Shown piece by piece: positions 52,365-64,000 of a stretch of DNA of 64,000 nucleotides. The position numbers and the translations under genes are program-made. The first letter of the stretch is position 1, and every line of letters begins with the position of its first letter. The stretch comes from Octopus vulgaris (Eukaryota): positions 105,710,001 to 105,774,000 of the forward strand of contig OX597816.1 of assembly GCA_951406725.2 (NCBI GenBank). Reading direction: 5' to 3'. The notes below the pieces were generated by a model, which had not been told where the DNA came from, did not search any database, and worked only from the letters and a program-made list of their open reading frames with translations.

Positions 52365-52882
52365 TGAGTGAGAGAGCAGCACATGCCAGAAAGTGACAAG
52401 CCCAATATATGCATTATGACTACCTGTCTGATAAGGGTACACCAGGTACATGCATCACAACCACTTGTGCAATCTTATATGGTGATAAACAGCACATGAC
52501 CTTGCTGGTGGGGTCCAGTTAGAATTTTCTTCAAGTTGAGTAGCCCATCCCACTCAAAAGGTCCCTGAATAAAGTTTGTTTAAGGATGATGAACAAAACA
52601 TCCATGTTTCCAGAGGTGAATTATTCAAACCCCAAAGAATTCCTCTCAACACATGGCTATGATGCTTCCCTACTACTCCTGCTCATGATCAGTGATGCTC
52701 ATATTGTCAGCTACTAAGGGACATGCTAAAGTGGTTATGGTCAAGCAAAAGACAAGCAAATCTGTGGTGTTGAGCAGAATATTTGTTGTAGCTCATCTTT
52801 TATACCAAGGCAAAACAATGTACATGATAACACTTCCAATCAGTTAAAATCAAAAGCCATGAGAGCCACTGCCTGGTACTGC
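52330..52882 (-). mobile_element. Non-autonomous retroposon with (AAT)n tail
   Basis: Longer copy of the 20648-21125 family. Confidence 0.8.
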
Positions 52883-52957
52883 TTATTATAATTATTATTA
52901 TTTAAGGTGGTGAGCTGGCAGAATCATGAGCACACTGGATGAAATGCTTAACAGTAT

Positions 52958-54500
52958 TGTTATAATGTGGATCTTCATCCACTTGTATGTTGTTGTCGGC
53001 ACTGTAATATTCTTGTTGCCAGTATTATGTTGTGGCAGGATTCCGCATCTTATTATTTTTGACTTGTCTATTGTGCTATCGTTGAAAGCACCACAAGACG
53101 ACTTTGAAACATCTACCTTGATGGTAACTTGAACTCATATATATCATGTAACTGAAACTGAGTCTAACTGAGAACTCATACAATGACTCTACTACTACTG
53201 ACCTCCTACAACAATTGACTGTCTGACTTTATAGTAGCTCTCATACCACTTTGTCATGTAGGAAGGAGTGTACCATTTTCACTACATCTCCCCTTTTAGT
53301 TTGTTTTTTTTTTCCTTGTTAGAAAAGCAGGTAATTATATTTTACTTTGTTCAACCCTCCTCCCTTTTTAGCATTTTTTTCCCAACTTAATATTTTTCTT
53401 TTTGGCATCTATTTGTGAGAACTCTGTGTTCTTCCTTTTTCTTCCATTTGTATGTGTAGATTCAACAACCTGTGTTTGGTCCCTGGAATACAACCATTCC
53501 ATGGGTTCTTCCAACCTGTCTGGTTCATTTTCTATGAATCTCTCCTTCAATTGGTTCTTGTGTCTTTTTTCAATACCTTTCCTGCTTTTAATTCCATACA
53601 TTATTTTTTCCTTTGTACTTTGTAATTTTTCCTTCTTCCCAGTATTGTTTTCCATTTTTATACGACCTCATGTACACCTTATCACCGATTTTGAAAAACT
53701 TTGAATTGCCTTTCCTGATACTTTTTCTTTCCTTGTCAGGTAACAGTTTATCAAAAACTGATTTCACCTTCCTCATGAATATCAGTTCAGTTGGTGAGCT
53801 TCCTGCTGGTGTATTGGGGTTCAGTATCACTCCGTATACCCTTATGAATTGCTGTAGAGTGACTTCATCTGTGACTTCGTTCTTTGCTTTTTTCAAAGCT
53901 CTTTCAAAAATGCCCACAAAACAATCTGCCTCTCCATTTGTTCTGGGATGGTAAGGTGCTATAATTTTATGTTCTACTGTGAACATTTCACAGAATTTTC
54001 TAAATTCACTGGATACAAACTATGTTCCATTATCAGATACAATCACATCTGGGATGCCAAATCTTGCGAATAATTCAGGCAAAAAATTTATTACCGTTGC
54101 GGAGGTTGATCTTTTGCACTTAACAATTTACAGCCATTTTGCAAAACTGTCAACTACTCTACTACTAAGTAGTAGTAACCATTTAACGGAACTGCAAAAT
54201 CGATGTTTAGTCTTGTTTATAGACTTTTTACTTCTGGCCAAGGCTCCCATTTTTGAGTAGGCATTTCACTGCCAGAGTACATTCTCTGCAGCCTTTTACT
54301 ACATTTTCAACTTCCTTGTCCATCTTTGGCCAATACACATAACTGCACATAAGCACTTTCATCCTTGTTATCCCTGGATGTCCAATATGGAATTCTTTCA
54401 ACAGTCTTGTTTGTAAAGTGTCAGGTATCACTGCCTTTTGGCCATACATCAGTATGCCATTACATGTTGAATATGTGTTTACTTCTTGTTTTTCCTTACC
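52958..54500 (-). mobile_element. Gypsy integrase remnant with PPT and 3' LTR
   Basis: HIGHPGITRMK...YWPKMDKEVENVVKGCREC (HHCC), FGIPDVIVSDNG, APYHPRTNGEAD; PPT aaaaggggaga (53297-53287) abutting LTR TG...CA (53286-52958). Confidence 0.92.
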
Positions 54501-54639
54501 GAACCTTGTGATAAATGATTAGAGATAGGGAGTGAGTTGGATGTAGAGGATATCAATTCAGTGTAGTGGAAAGAGAGGAAAATAGAAGATGGGTTATGAA
54601 GGAAGGTTTGACAAAGCTTCAATTCAGCTGAATTAGACA

Positions 54640-55590
54640 GGTCTTCTCAAGCTCTGCATAACACCATTCATCTTGGTCCCCCACCATCTCCTCGGAGAGG
54701 CTTGACATCTTGAAGTCAGTCTTCATCATTTCATCTCATGTCTTCCTAGATCTACCTGTTTCACATGTTCCTTCCTCGTTTAGCAAGTGGTGCTTCTTTA
54801 TACATCTGTCTTCATTCATCCACATCAATTGTCTACACCAGCACAATCTCCTCTCCCACACACCACATCTGATACCTCTTATTCCAATTTTACTCTAAGC
54901 TTTGTCATTTACTGTAAGCTTTGTCAGACATGCACACTGACATTTATTCATTGGAGCATACTTGATATTTTTCTTTTGAATCTTTGTATGTCCTCTGCAT
55001 TCAGAGCCCAAGTTTCACAGCCATGTAGCATTACTGTTCATATACAGGCATCATGAAATCTGCTTTTTATTCTGAGAGAGGGACTTTTTGTTGCCAACAA
55101 GCATAGAAGTTCTTCAGCCAATTCATATTCTAACAACTATACTTTCAGAACACATCCCTCCACTAAGAAAACAGAAACTAACTACCATCTCTAGGGAGCC
55201 TCCTGAGCATTTCAGAACATCTATTTTTCATGTGCCCCTGTACATCTGCTACAAGCAAATTCCACTTTCTCTGTTAACCTTCCTTTGATTCCACTGCACC
55301 TTTTATGTGTCCATAGGTTGCAATGAGCACACAAAATGGAATTTCTACCTAGACTTTGTCTAGATATGGAACAGGGCTATTTATCTAAAGGAATTAATGT
55401 TCTGTTCATTTTCCAACTAATTAGAACTTTAATCTCTGCTAAGTTAACCTTAAGACTCTTTGATTCCAGGTTTTGCTTCCATATTTGGGATTTCAATTCT
55501 GATTCTTCTACACTTTTGGCTATAATAACAAAGTCATCAGTATAGAGGAATTCCCTTGGGAAACCAGTTATAAATTCCTCCATTATGGCT
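54640..55590 (-). mobile_element. 5'-truncated RTE-like LINE
   Basis: FPREFLYTDDFVIIA (YADD motif), WKQNLESKSLKVNLAEIKV and a Cys-rich NSILCAHCNLWTHKRCSGI segment. Confidence 0.85.
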
Positions 55591-55830
55591 TATTCAAGGT
55601 ATTGTACAGTGGGACTGAACCCAAAACCTTGTGGTTAGGAAGGAAACTTCTCAACTACACAACCATTGCTGTACCTATTATTGCATATAATTCAAAATCG
55701 AAAATACCTTCCCAAAATTTCATTCTGTGTTCAAATACAAATGAGCTATTATACACATATGCACTGTAACTAGAAAAGCAATCTAGCAGACTGGTGAACC
55801 TTCACTCACCAACTATGATTACATAGAGTC

Positions 55831-56157
55831 TATGTGGTTCTCAACTGGAGTTCATATGGCCCTAAGGGTCCATGCAACAAGATGGTAAATTAGGGAGCCA
55901 CAATAATATTTTAAGAGCCCCTGAAAAAATTTTGCTTTAGATGTTTGTATTGGTATGTATTGCAAGAAACAGCTGGGTTTCCATCTCTAACATTTTGCAA
56001 AGTTCAACTTACACAAGTTAATGTATGAAAATCAAAATAGAATTTTGAAATAAGTTTCTATAAAACTAGTTTTTAAACATTGAATTGCTATGGGGGTCCA
56101 CCAGAATAAAACAGTAACCAAAGGAGACTATAGATAAAAGATGGTTGAAAACCCCTA
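55831..56157. mobile_element. hAT-type MITE
   Basis: Imperfect TIRs tgtggttctcaac / ggttgaaaacccct resembling CAGGGGTTCTCAACC ends. Confidence 0.6.
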
Positions 56158-56762
56158 TAGACCAATGATATGTATGTTCTCTACATGTCATCTAGTACTA
56201 CAACAGCTATCACTCCTATAAGTTAAAAGACTATCACTCCAGTTCAAGTTTCCTTTCATCATTCATACTGTTTCTCTTCCCTCAGTTAATATATGAATAT
56301 TCATCACACCCTTCTTTTCCAGAACAGCAACTCTCTGGAATTCTTCTATATCCGAATTTTTCCCAACAGGCACAAGCCTGCAGAACTCTAAACAAATGCA
56401 TCAAGTACATGTAAAGATTTCACTACTCTATATATACTTCACTAGTATCCATAACTTTTCCAATTGTGGTTACTATATCTGATAGACTAACAAGTAAAAT
56501 ATAAATAACTATATGGAACACAAGATAAAAAACTTAAACTCACAAAGCATCACAGTTTTTAATAGCTACCTATTTCTCAATTCAGCAAGTAGGTCATAAA
56601 GTATATAAAACACATGACTCTAAACTACAGTAGACATCTGATGCAATCAAACAGAATAATAAAAGAAAAAAACTCTGTCATCATACACATTAAAATAGAG
56701 TTTTCAGCATTTTTGACACTCTTTCACAACAACTACAAAAACAACAAACAACAACAACAACA

Positions 56763-56816
<54 letters not shown>

Positions 56817-59544
56817 TTGGAAAATAATTTTAAATTATGCCTTTGCTAAGGTAATTTTTTTTTGTTTTTGAAAAATTTTTATGTAAAAGATTGCCAGTGA
56901 AAAAGAAAATTTCCTCCACCATTAAAATAAATGATTAATATTAAGTTGTAAGATACAATAATTTTCTACTATAGTATATAACATAAGTGCAATAAATAAA
57001 AGAAAATTGATTATACCTCAAAATATTGCTAGTATAATAATAATTTCAAGTGAAAATTAGAAAAAAAAACCAAAAAGTAAATAACGATATTTTGGAGAAA
57101 ATATATCAAACTATAAATATATTACATAAATATGTGTATTTTTACACACACTTGTCATTATTCACACAGGTATCACTCTAGAAGCACTTGGCTCTGCTAC
57201 TGTCAATAAAAACCAAGATACCAGAATGTTCTAATCAATAAGACTGCCTTAAACAAAGCTTTAAGGGATTTGAAGGAAACAAACAAATGTAGCTTTAAAT
57301 CAATACAACTTAATCAATAGCAAACAAGGTTTATGTTTGCTTTTTTAGAATGGCAAACATTTGCTAAATCTTTTTCTTTCTACAATAAATTCCTATGGGT
57401 GTATATAGATGAATGTGTGTGCACGTATGCCTATTTATATGTATGCATATATGTGTATGCATGCATTTCGTATACAATAAACATTATTGATTTTATAAAT
57501 CAAGATAATTACAACAAATATTTTTTTAAATAATCAGCTGGATATATATATATGTATAAAATTTGAAAAGTATTCATAAAAATGACGACACCTAATTATT
57601 CAAGTTTATTTATATTTTGCTTTTATTATAGCTTGGAGGTAAAATTTAATAGATTTGCTGCAGAAATTTGAAATTATTATTGTAGATTTATCCAAATCTC
57701 TATTGTTCACTTCGTAGTCAAGTGAAATAGTCATACAACTGTCACTCAGATTTGACTAATCAATAAAATGAATACTTGCAATAACCATGAGCCTCAGAAC
57801 AATATTGAGCAACAATTTTTTTCTTTTTACAGCTTTATATTTCTTTGATAATTTAACCCTATAACAGATTCTTATACAACTTTTTTTAATCAATTCTAAT
57901 TTTAGATATCTTTCTTTAAATCACAGTATACGAAATTAGCATAGCATTCACTTTTTCAGCTTAGCTTTATATTTTCTTGCTTTATTTATTTATTACCAAG
58001 TTACAGAAAGTGAGTAATTCTTAATTTCACTATTATACATGTACTGATTCATTCAGCTTTCGCATCAGTTGTTAGATGCATAGCAACACAATTTTATATT
58101 CTGGTATTAATAAACAGGAATAGCTACCAAAATTTAATACAATGGAACAATCAATAACAACAAAAGATTTTGTTTTCCATTGATTTCTAGTTCCTTATAT
58201 CAAGAAGTTGGGATCAATTCTATTGATATGAAAAATAAAACTCTGCTATATGGAACTAATTCTTTAGATCAAAATTTGATCAAAGTTTTATCAAAATATG
58301 ATATATATATATATATATACATATACACACAGATATATAGTAAATTAAATTATACATATATATGAAATTAAATTATATATATAACTATATATAGGAAGTT
58401 AAATTTATTATAGAAGTGGTGTATTAAGGAATTTTCTTAACTTGAGAACTACTCAACTTTTTCCCCTCTAGCTTAATAGTTTTGAATGTAATAAATTTTC
58501 TATTAGCAGTTTTTGACTATGTAATGTCTATAAATATAAATAGCTTTTTACAATAGGCATACATACACACTTGTCCATGTATAATCATTTGCAATATTGC
58601 AGGTATATCTACTTGCATACATGTACGTATCAGTAAAAAAACACACATGCATATGCATTCATAGAACTAATCTCGTAAAGCAAACACCTCAAGGATATTG
58701 GTAAAATATTCTTGTTAAAGTTGTAAGAAATGTAGGTATAACAGTAAATATTTTAGAACAAGGAGGGAAGTTCAGGGTAAAGAATTTTATATTGTGACAA
58801 AAGTCAATTACCTAGTTGCTATAAATGCTTTATACAAAAATCAATCAAGAAGAAAATAATCATTTTCTAATACAGAATCAGAAGCTAATACTTCATAAAT
58901 ATGAGGTTAATAATTTAAAGCTGTTAATATCACTGAATGACAAGCTTCTACACAGACACTTGACCAACTAGAAATGGGACTCAAGCTAAATCTAAAGTAA
59001 ATCATGCCATTCTGTTTTAAAAAGTGGAAGGAAAATGACAGTGTAGCTTTAGATATATATTACGTCTAGATAAATGATGTAATAGTTATGCTTGTAGCAT
59101 CTTTTGGTCACAGTTCTACTCAATCAAGGTTTCTTATGTCTAAATATCAACAACAATGATTATGGGAAGCTGGGCTCACAAAGAGAAGTACTGACATAGC
59201 TGATATGAAACCTTAGAAAATCATTTAATAGTGCTATTAAAATGTAAATTATGAGGATTTTCTCAAGATCTCTGTATTTAACTTTTTTGTCTTTTGGCTT
59301 AAACAAAACAGTTATGCTTAAGAATATTTGGCTGGATTAAATAAAGAAGAGACATACACACATTGTATATACTTGATATACACAATAGGAACAGGTACCG
59401 ATGTGAAGTTAAAAAATATGCTTCACAGTTAAATTGTTCTGGGTTCAATATCCATATGCAGTACTTTAACCAAGCATAGGATTAACTAATCCATTGTGAA
59501 TGGAATGTGATAAATGGAAACTGCACAGAAGCCAAACATATACT

Positions 59545-59577
<33 letters not shown>

Positions 59578-61584
59578 CACACACACAGACACACACACAC
59601 ACACACACACACCACATTTAATAGTTAAAAGAATAAATACTATATATGTAAGTCTTATTTTTCTTCCAAAACAGGTTATTAAGTATACACAAAATTAATA
59701 TATCACTGATCTTGGCTGAATTGCTGGCTAGCATTATTATTTCAATTTCTTACTACTGAGTGTAACTAATGTAGCAAAACTTTAGCATCCCTGAATAAAT
59801 TTTGGTTCAATAGTGGCTAATATTTTTGAATATCAAACAGGAGATATAATTAGATCTGAGCTGTTTTATGACATTATTGTTCCAATAGTGGTAAAATGAA
59901 TTTGTCTTCTGAAACTGTTTATAATTTTTCAATCTAAATTGTCTTTCTGCTTATTTTAACAATCTCAGTCTCAGTAGTATTGATTAGTTGTATGGTTGGT
60001 TTCAACTGTAAATTTTCTTTGTGGTCTTTAGATGTGAAATATGATGCCATGAGTAGTAAAGATTCAGACTTCTCATCAACATTTACTACAGTGATAATTT
60101 TCATTATTGTTTGTTGATTCCATTCTTTTCTATTTTCTTGTACTGAATGGCAACTAAGTTTGAAAACTAAATATGCTGTTTATAGCCATTGTGGTCATTT
60201 TGACATAAACTTGTAGTATTATCAGTTGGATACACATATTATTGAATTGTTGAATGGTTATATGATTAATCTAACAAGTTATCAATGACCTTGTGCTTAA
60301 TATCTCTCACAAGTGAGATAGCTGAGATGCTCCATAGCACTTTGAAATACAGAGCTCAGTACATCTTTGTAGTCAGAGTACAACCCTTCTATAATGTGTT
60401 ACACATATGTCTCTCATATATATTCAAATTGAGCACCATGAGACTGATATTTGTTGATAAAACATACCAATGCTATAAATAAAAAGGATCAACCTTTATG
60501 GTCACAAACCAAACCTTTGCTTATATCAAAATAGTTTTCTGGCAAGTGGAGGTTTTCAATACAGGTAAAAGATTTAAGGAGAGAAATATAATAAAAATCA
60601 TGAAGTGAAGCCTTCAGTACAATGAAAAACTTATAAAGAGGTGATAACACAGTAGATTAATGTACTTGAGCACTTGCTCCAAGATAATGCATTTAGATAT
60701 GCTGCAAGATTTTGCTGTATTTCTGAAGAGGACATTTAATTCTTCATTACCTGAAGATCAACTGGAAATGTTGCTTCTGATTAGATCACTAACTTCTTAT
60801 TCTGGAGAAGACTTATCTTTCATCAGCTTTATGCAATAAAACTGGAGCTAAGTACTATCCCTCAAAAGTTCATCAGAATGTAGAATGCATTTATATTACA
60901 TTAAATGCCAGATTAACAGCGAAGGTAACACCAAAACTAGGATGGTATATTTAACTTTACCCTTGTTTACACAACCCCTGCATGGCTCTTTCCTATACCC
61001 TTCCCAGACTTGCACCCTAAAAAAGTCACTTCTGTGTTACTGATCCATTTAGAGTTATGGAAGTGAGCCATAGGTCAACACTACATTTATTGCAGAACTT
61101 TATATCATGACAAAGTAATGTCTCACCATATATATTTATGTGTGAGATATTTAGATAGTGAAAAGAAAGATAATACTAGAAAATAGCTAAGAAAAAAACA
61201 CTAATGATATTTTAATAGTCACATTAGCATATTTTCAATTAGATATGCCAGTGTATGCACTGGATATAGCAGTTGTGAATATAGCTTTAGGAATAAATTA
61301 GAGCTTAAGTTTGTTAATACTTACAATGTAGATAGAGTGGGGGATTGGCTGAGCTGCTAGAGCTACAGACAAAATGCCTTGTACTATTTATTCATGACCC
61401 TTTACCCTGTCATGATCAACTTTGCCTTTCATCCTTCTGGGGTTGATATAGAATAAGAACCAGTCAAGTACAGGGATCAGTTTGAGAAAACCAATACCAG
61501 CTATAATTCATGGCTTTCATAAACTGTACACATAAATATTGTAAATATTAATGTGTGTGTGTATGTGTGTGTGTGTGTGTTTAC

Positions 61585-61975
61585 ATGCATAGCTCAGGTA
61601 AGGTTGATAATTTAGAAGTCCATTTTGCAGTCATGTGATTTTTGGGTCAATATAACTGTTCTGCACCTTGGGCAAGACTCTCCTTTTGTAATTCTGGGCT
61701 AAACAAAGCCTTCTAAGTGAATTTGGTACATGGAAATTGCACAGAGGCTCATCTTGAATGAATGAGTGTGTGTGTGTGTGTTCAACTTTCATCACACGAC
61801 ATCTGAGATTGGTTTGTTTACATCACCATAATTTGCAGTTCAGTGAAAACAGACTGACAGTATAAATGCCAAACTTTAAAATAAGTACTGGTGTTGAATT
61901 GATTAACTAAATCCTTCAAGGTGGGGTGGTACTGCAGCATGTCTGTACTTCAGCAAAATAGAATAAAAAAATAAA
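61585..61975 (+). mobile_element. Old diverged copy of the main tRNA-SINE
   Basis: gcaccttgggcaag...caaagcc...gtgaatttggta...ggtttgtttacatc...taagtactgg. Confidence 0.7.
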
Positions 61976-62222
61976 TTTATAGCAAGATCATTCACACACT
62001 CACACAATACTTATGTGTGTGCATGTTTATGCACAATAAAAATTGCCAAGTTGTTAAGATCCTGAACAGGTAGCTGAGATGTTCAGATGTAGTCATTGTT
62101 TTCTATTAAATGATGCAGCTACCTAACCAAAAATAAATTCCATAAGATAGGAACAATTCACCTCTGTAAACAGAGGCAGCAAATAAAACTGATAAATGAG
62201 TCAGTACTGCATTCAGACATGA

Positions 62223-62562
62223 AGGCATATGGCTCAGTGGTTAGAGGATTGGGCTGACAATCAAGAGGTAGTGAGTTTGATTTCTGGACCAGGCTCTGTG
62301 TTGTGTTCTTGAGCAAGACACTTTATTTCACATTGTTCCAGTTCATTCAGCTGTGGTAATTAGTTGCAACGTCACTGTTCTCAAGCTCTATCGGCTTTTG
62401 CCTTTCCTATGGATAACATCAATGGTGTGGAGAGGGGAGGCTGGTATGCATGGGTGACTGCTAGTTTTCCATAAACAACCTTGCCTAGACATGTGCCTCA
62501 GAGGGGAACTTTCTAGGTGCATCCCATGGTCATTCATAACTGAAGGGAGTCTTTAACCTTTT
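62223..62562 (+). mobile_element. tRNA-derived CORE-like SINE (distinct family)
   Basis: A-box tggctcagtgg, B-box gagtttgattt, CORE-like tgttgtgttcttgagcaagacacttt. Confidence 0.8.
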
Positions 62563-62769
62563 AACTGCATTCAGATCTTCCTAGCTAGGGAAGGGTTTTG
62601 CTCTGCTGAAATAATTCTTCGAAGATACACCACCATATAAAGATGAAGTTTTCAGTGAACTCTTACAATACAATATATTAAATTCTATGTGTAAATATAT
62701 TCCATGTATGTATACAATCAGTGTATGCTTGTATTCCATGCATTGATGTGTTCAGTATATCTATATTAT

Positions 62770-62956
62770 TTTATTCTTTTATTTGTTTCAGTCATTTGAC
62801 TGTGGCCATGCTGGAGTACTACCTTTAGTCAAGCAAATCGACCCCAGGACTTATTCAATCAGTCTCTCTTGCCAAACCACTAAGTGACGGGGATGTAAAC
62901 ACACCAGCATCAGTTGTCAAGCAATGCTGGGAGGACAAACACAGACACACAAACAT

Positions 62957-63001
<45 letters not shown>

Positions 63002-63162
63002 ACGGGCTTCTTTCAGTTTCTGTCAACCAAATCCATTCACAAGGCTTTGGTTGGTGCAAGGCTATAGTAGAAGACACTTACCCAAGGTGCCACACAGTGG
63101 GACTGAACCCAGAACCATGTGGTTGGTAAGCAGGCTACTTACCACACAGCCACTTCTGCGCC
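62770..63162 (-). mobile_element. Full-length tRNA-derived SINE
   Basis: Reverse complement of the 11921-12323 family; an older copy follows at ~63600-63975. Confidence 0.9.
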
Positions 63163-64000
63163 TATAGTTGAATATGTATGAATATATGACATCTGTGTAT
63201 GATACTACATGACATCTATGTATCATATATCTTTGTATTTGAAACCCAAGTGTATTAATAATTATTCATTCACTGTATTTTACATTGCTCTGCAAATACA
63301 CTGCAACCCTATCTCTTTATGACTATTTTATGTATCTTGGAATGATATGTACATATTTAAACATGACTGTTTGCTTCTGATTTATACGCACTTTTCCATA
63401 AGAGTTGGATGGCTTCACAGTGCTACTATGAAAGTTTTATTAATTATGTTGACTGAGGCCAGTAAAATAATGTTTCTTGGTTTGTGGTTTAACATACTGC
63501 CAAATGAATGGGTAAAATTCATTTCATTTAAATGAGTACAATATACATTAATTATATGACTATCTCAATTCATATTTATAAATATAAACAGACACACTTT
63601 TTAATTTCCTTTTACTGGTTTCTTTCAGTGGACTGTGGCCAAACTGGGCCACTGCTTTCAAAGGTTTTAGTCAATCATATCATTCCTAATACTTATTTCC
63701 ATCTGGTACATATTTTACAATCATTATTTGCTGAACTGCTAAGTTGCAAGATGCATAAACAATCACATGGTTTTCACACACACACATATGCACACACAAA
63801 CACACACACAGGTATATATGGCAAGCTTCTGTACAGGTACTATCTACAAAATTCTGTTGATAAGGTATTGATCAACCGGATTCTACAGTAGGAGACACTT
63901 TCTCAAGGAGTACATGTGGGATCAAACCAGAAACCAAATGATTGTAATTCATACTTCTTAAGCATATAGCCATGTCTATCTGTATACTAGAGTGCTGTCC

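Noticed and set aside
60745-60780. attacctgaagatcaactggaaatgtt resembling a hammerhead core
   Set aside because: No stem II or stem I partner.

Overview
AT-rich, microsatellite-dense animal genomic DNA. The repeat repertoire looks cephalopod (Octopus-like), which is an inference. The window lies inside one minus-strand host gene, a Tubby-related protein 4 (TULP4) orthologue. Only two internal coding exons are present (34187-34315 and 4881-5045, both phase 0, canonical AG/GT), separated by a ~29 kb intron; the preceding and following exons were not found in the window. The rest is intronic and filled with decayed mobile elements: tRNA-derived SINEs, RTE-like and R4/Dong-like LINEs, two Gypsy/Mag-type LTR remnants, Tc1, mariner, piggyBac- and hAT-type elements and a Helitron fragment. 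The most notable signal is a cluster of hammerhead-ribozyme-like motifs from three unrelated sequence families within ~6 kb (18.4-24.5 kb). One is a nearly intact type-I motif, one pair sits in a 471-bp near-perfect palindrome, and one pair sits in the inverted terminal repeats of a Penelope-like element that also carries a GIY-YIG C-terminal remnant and an internal tRNA-like (Pol III-type) module. Repeat boundaries were read by eye and are approximate; no database searches were run.
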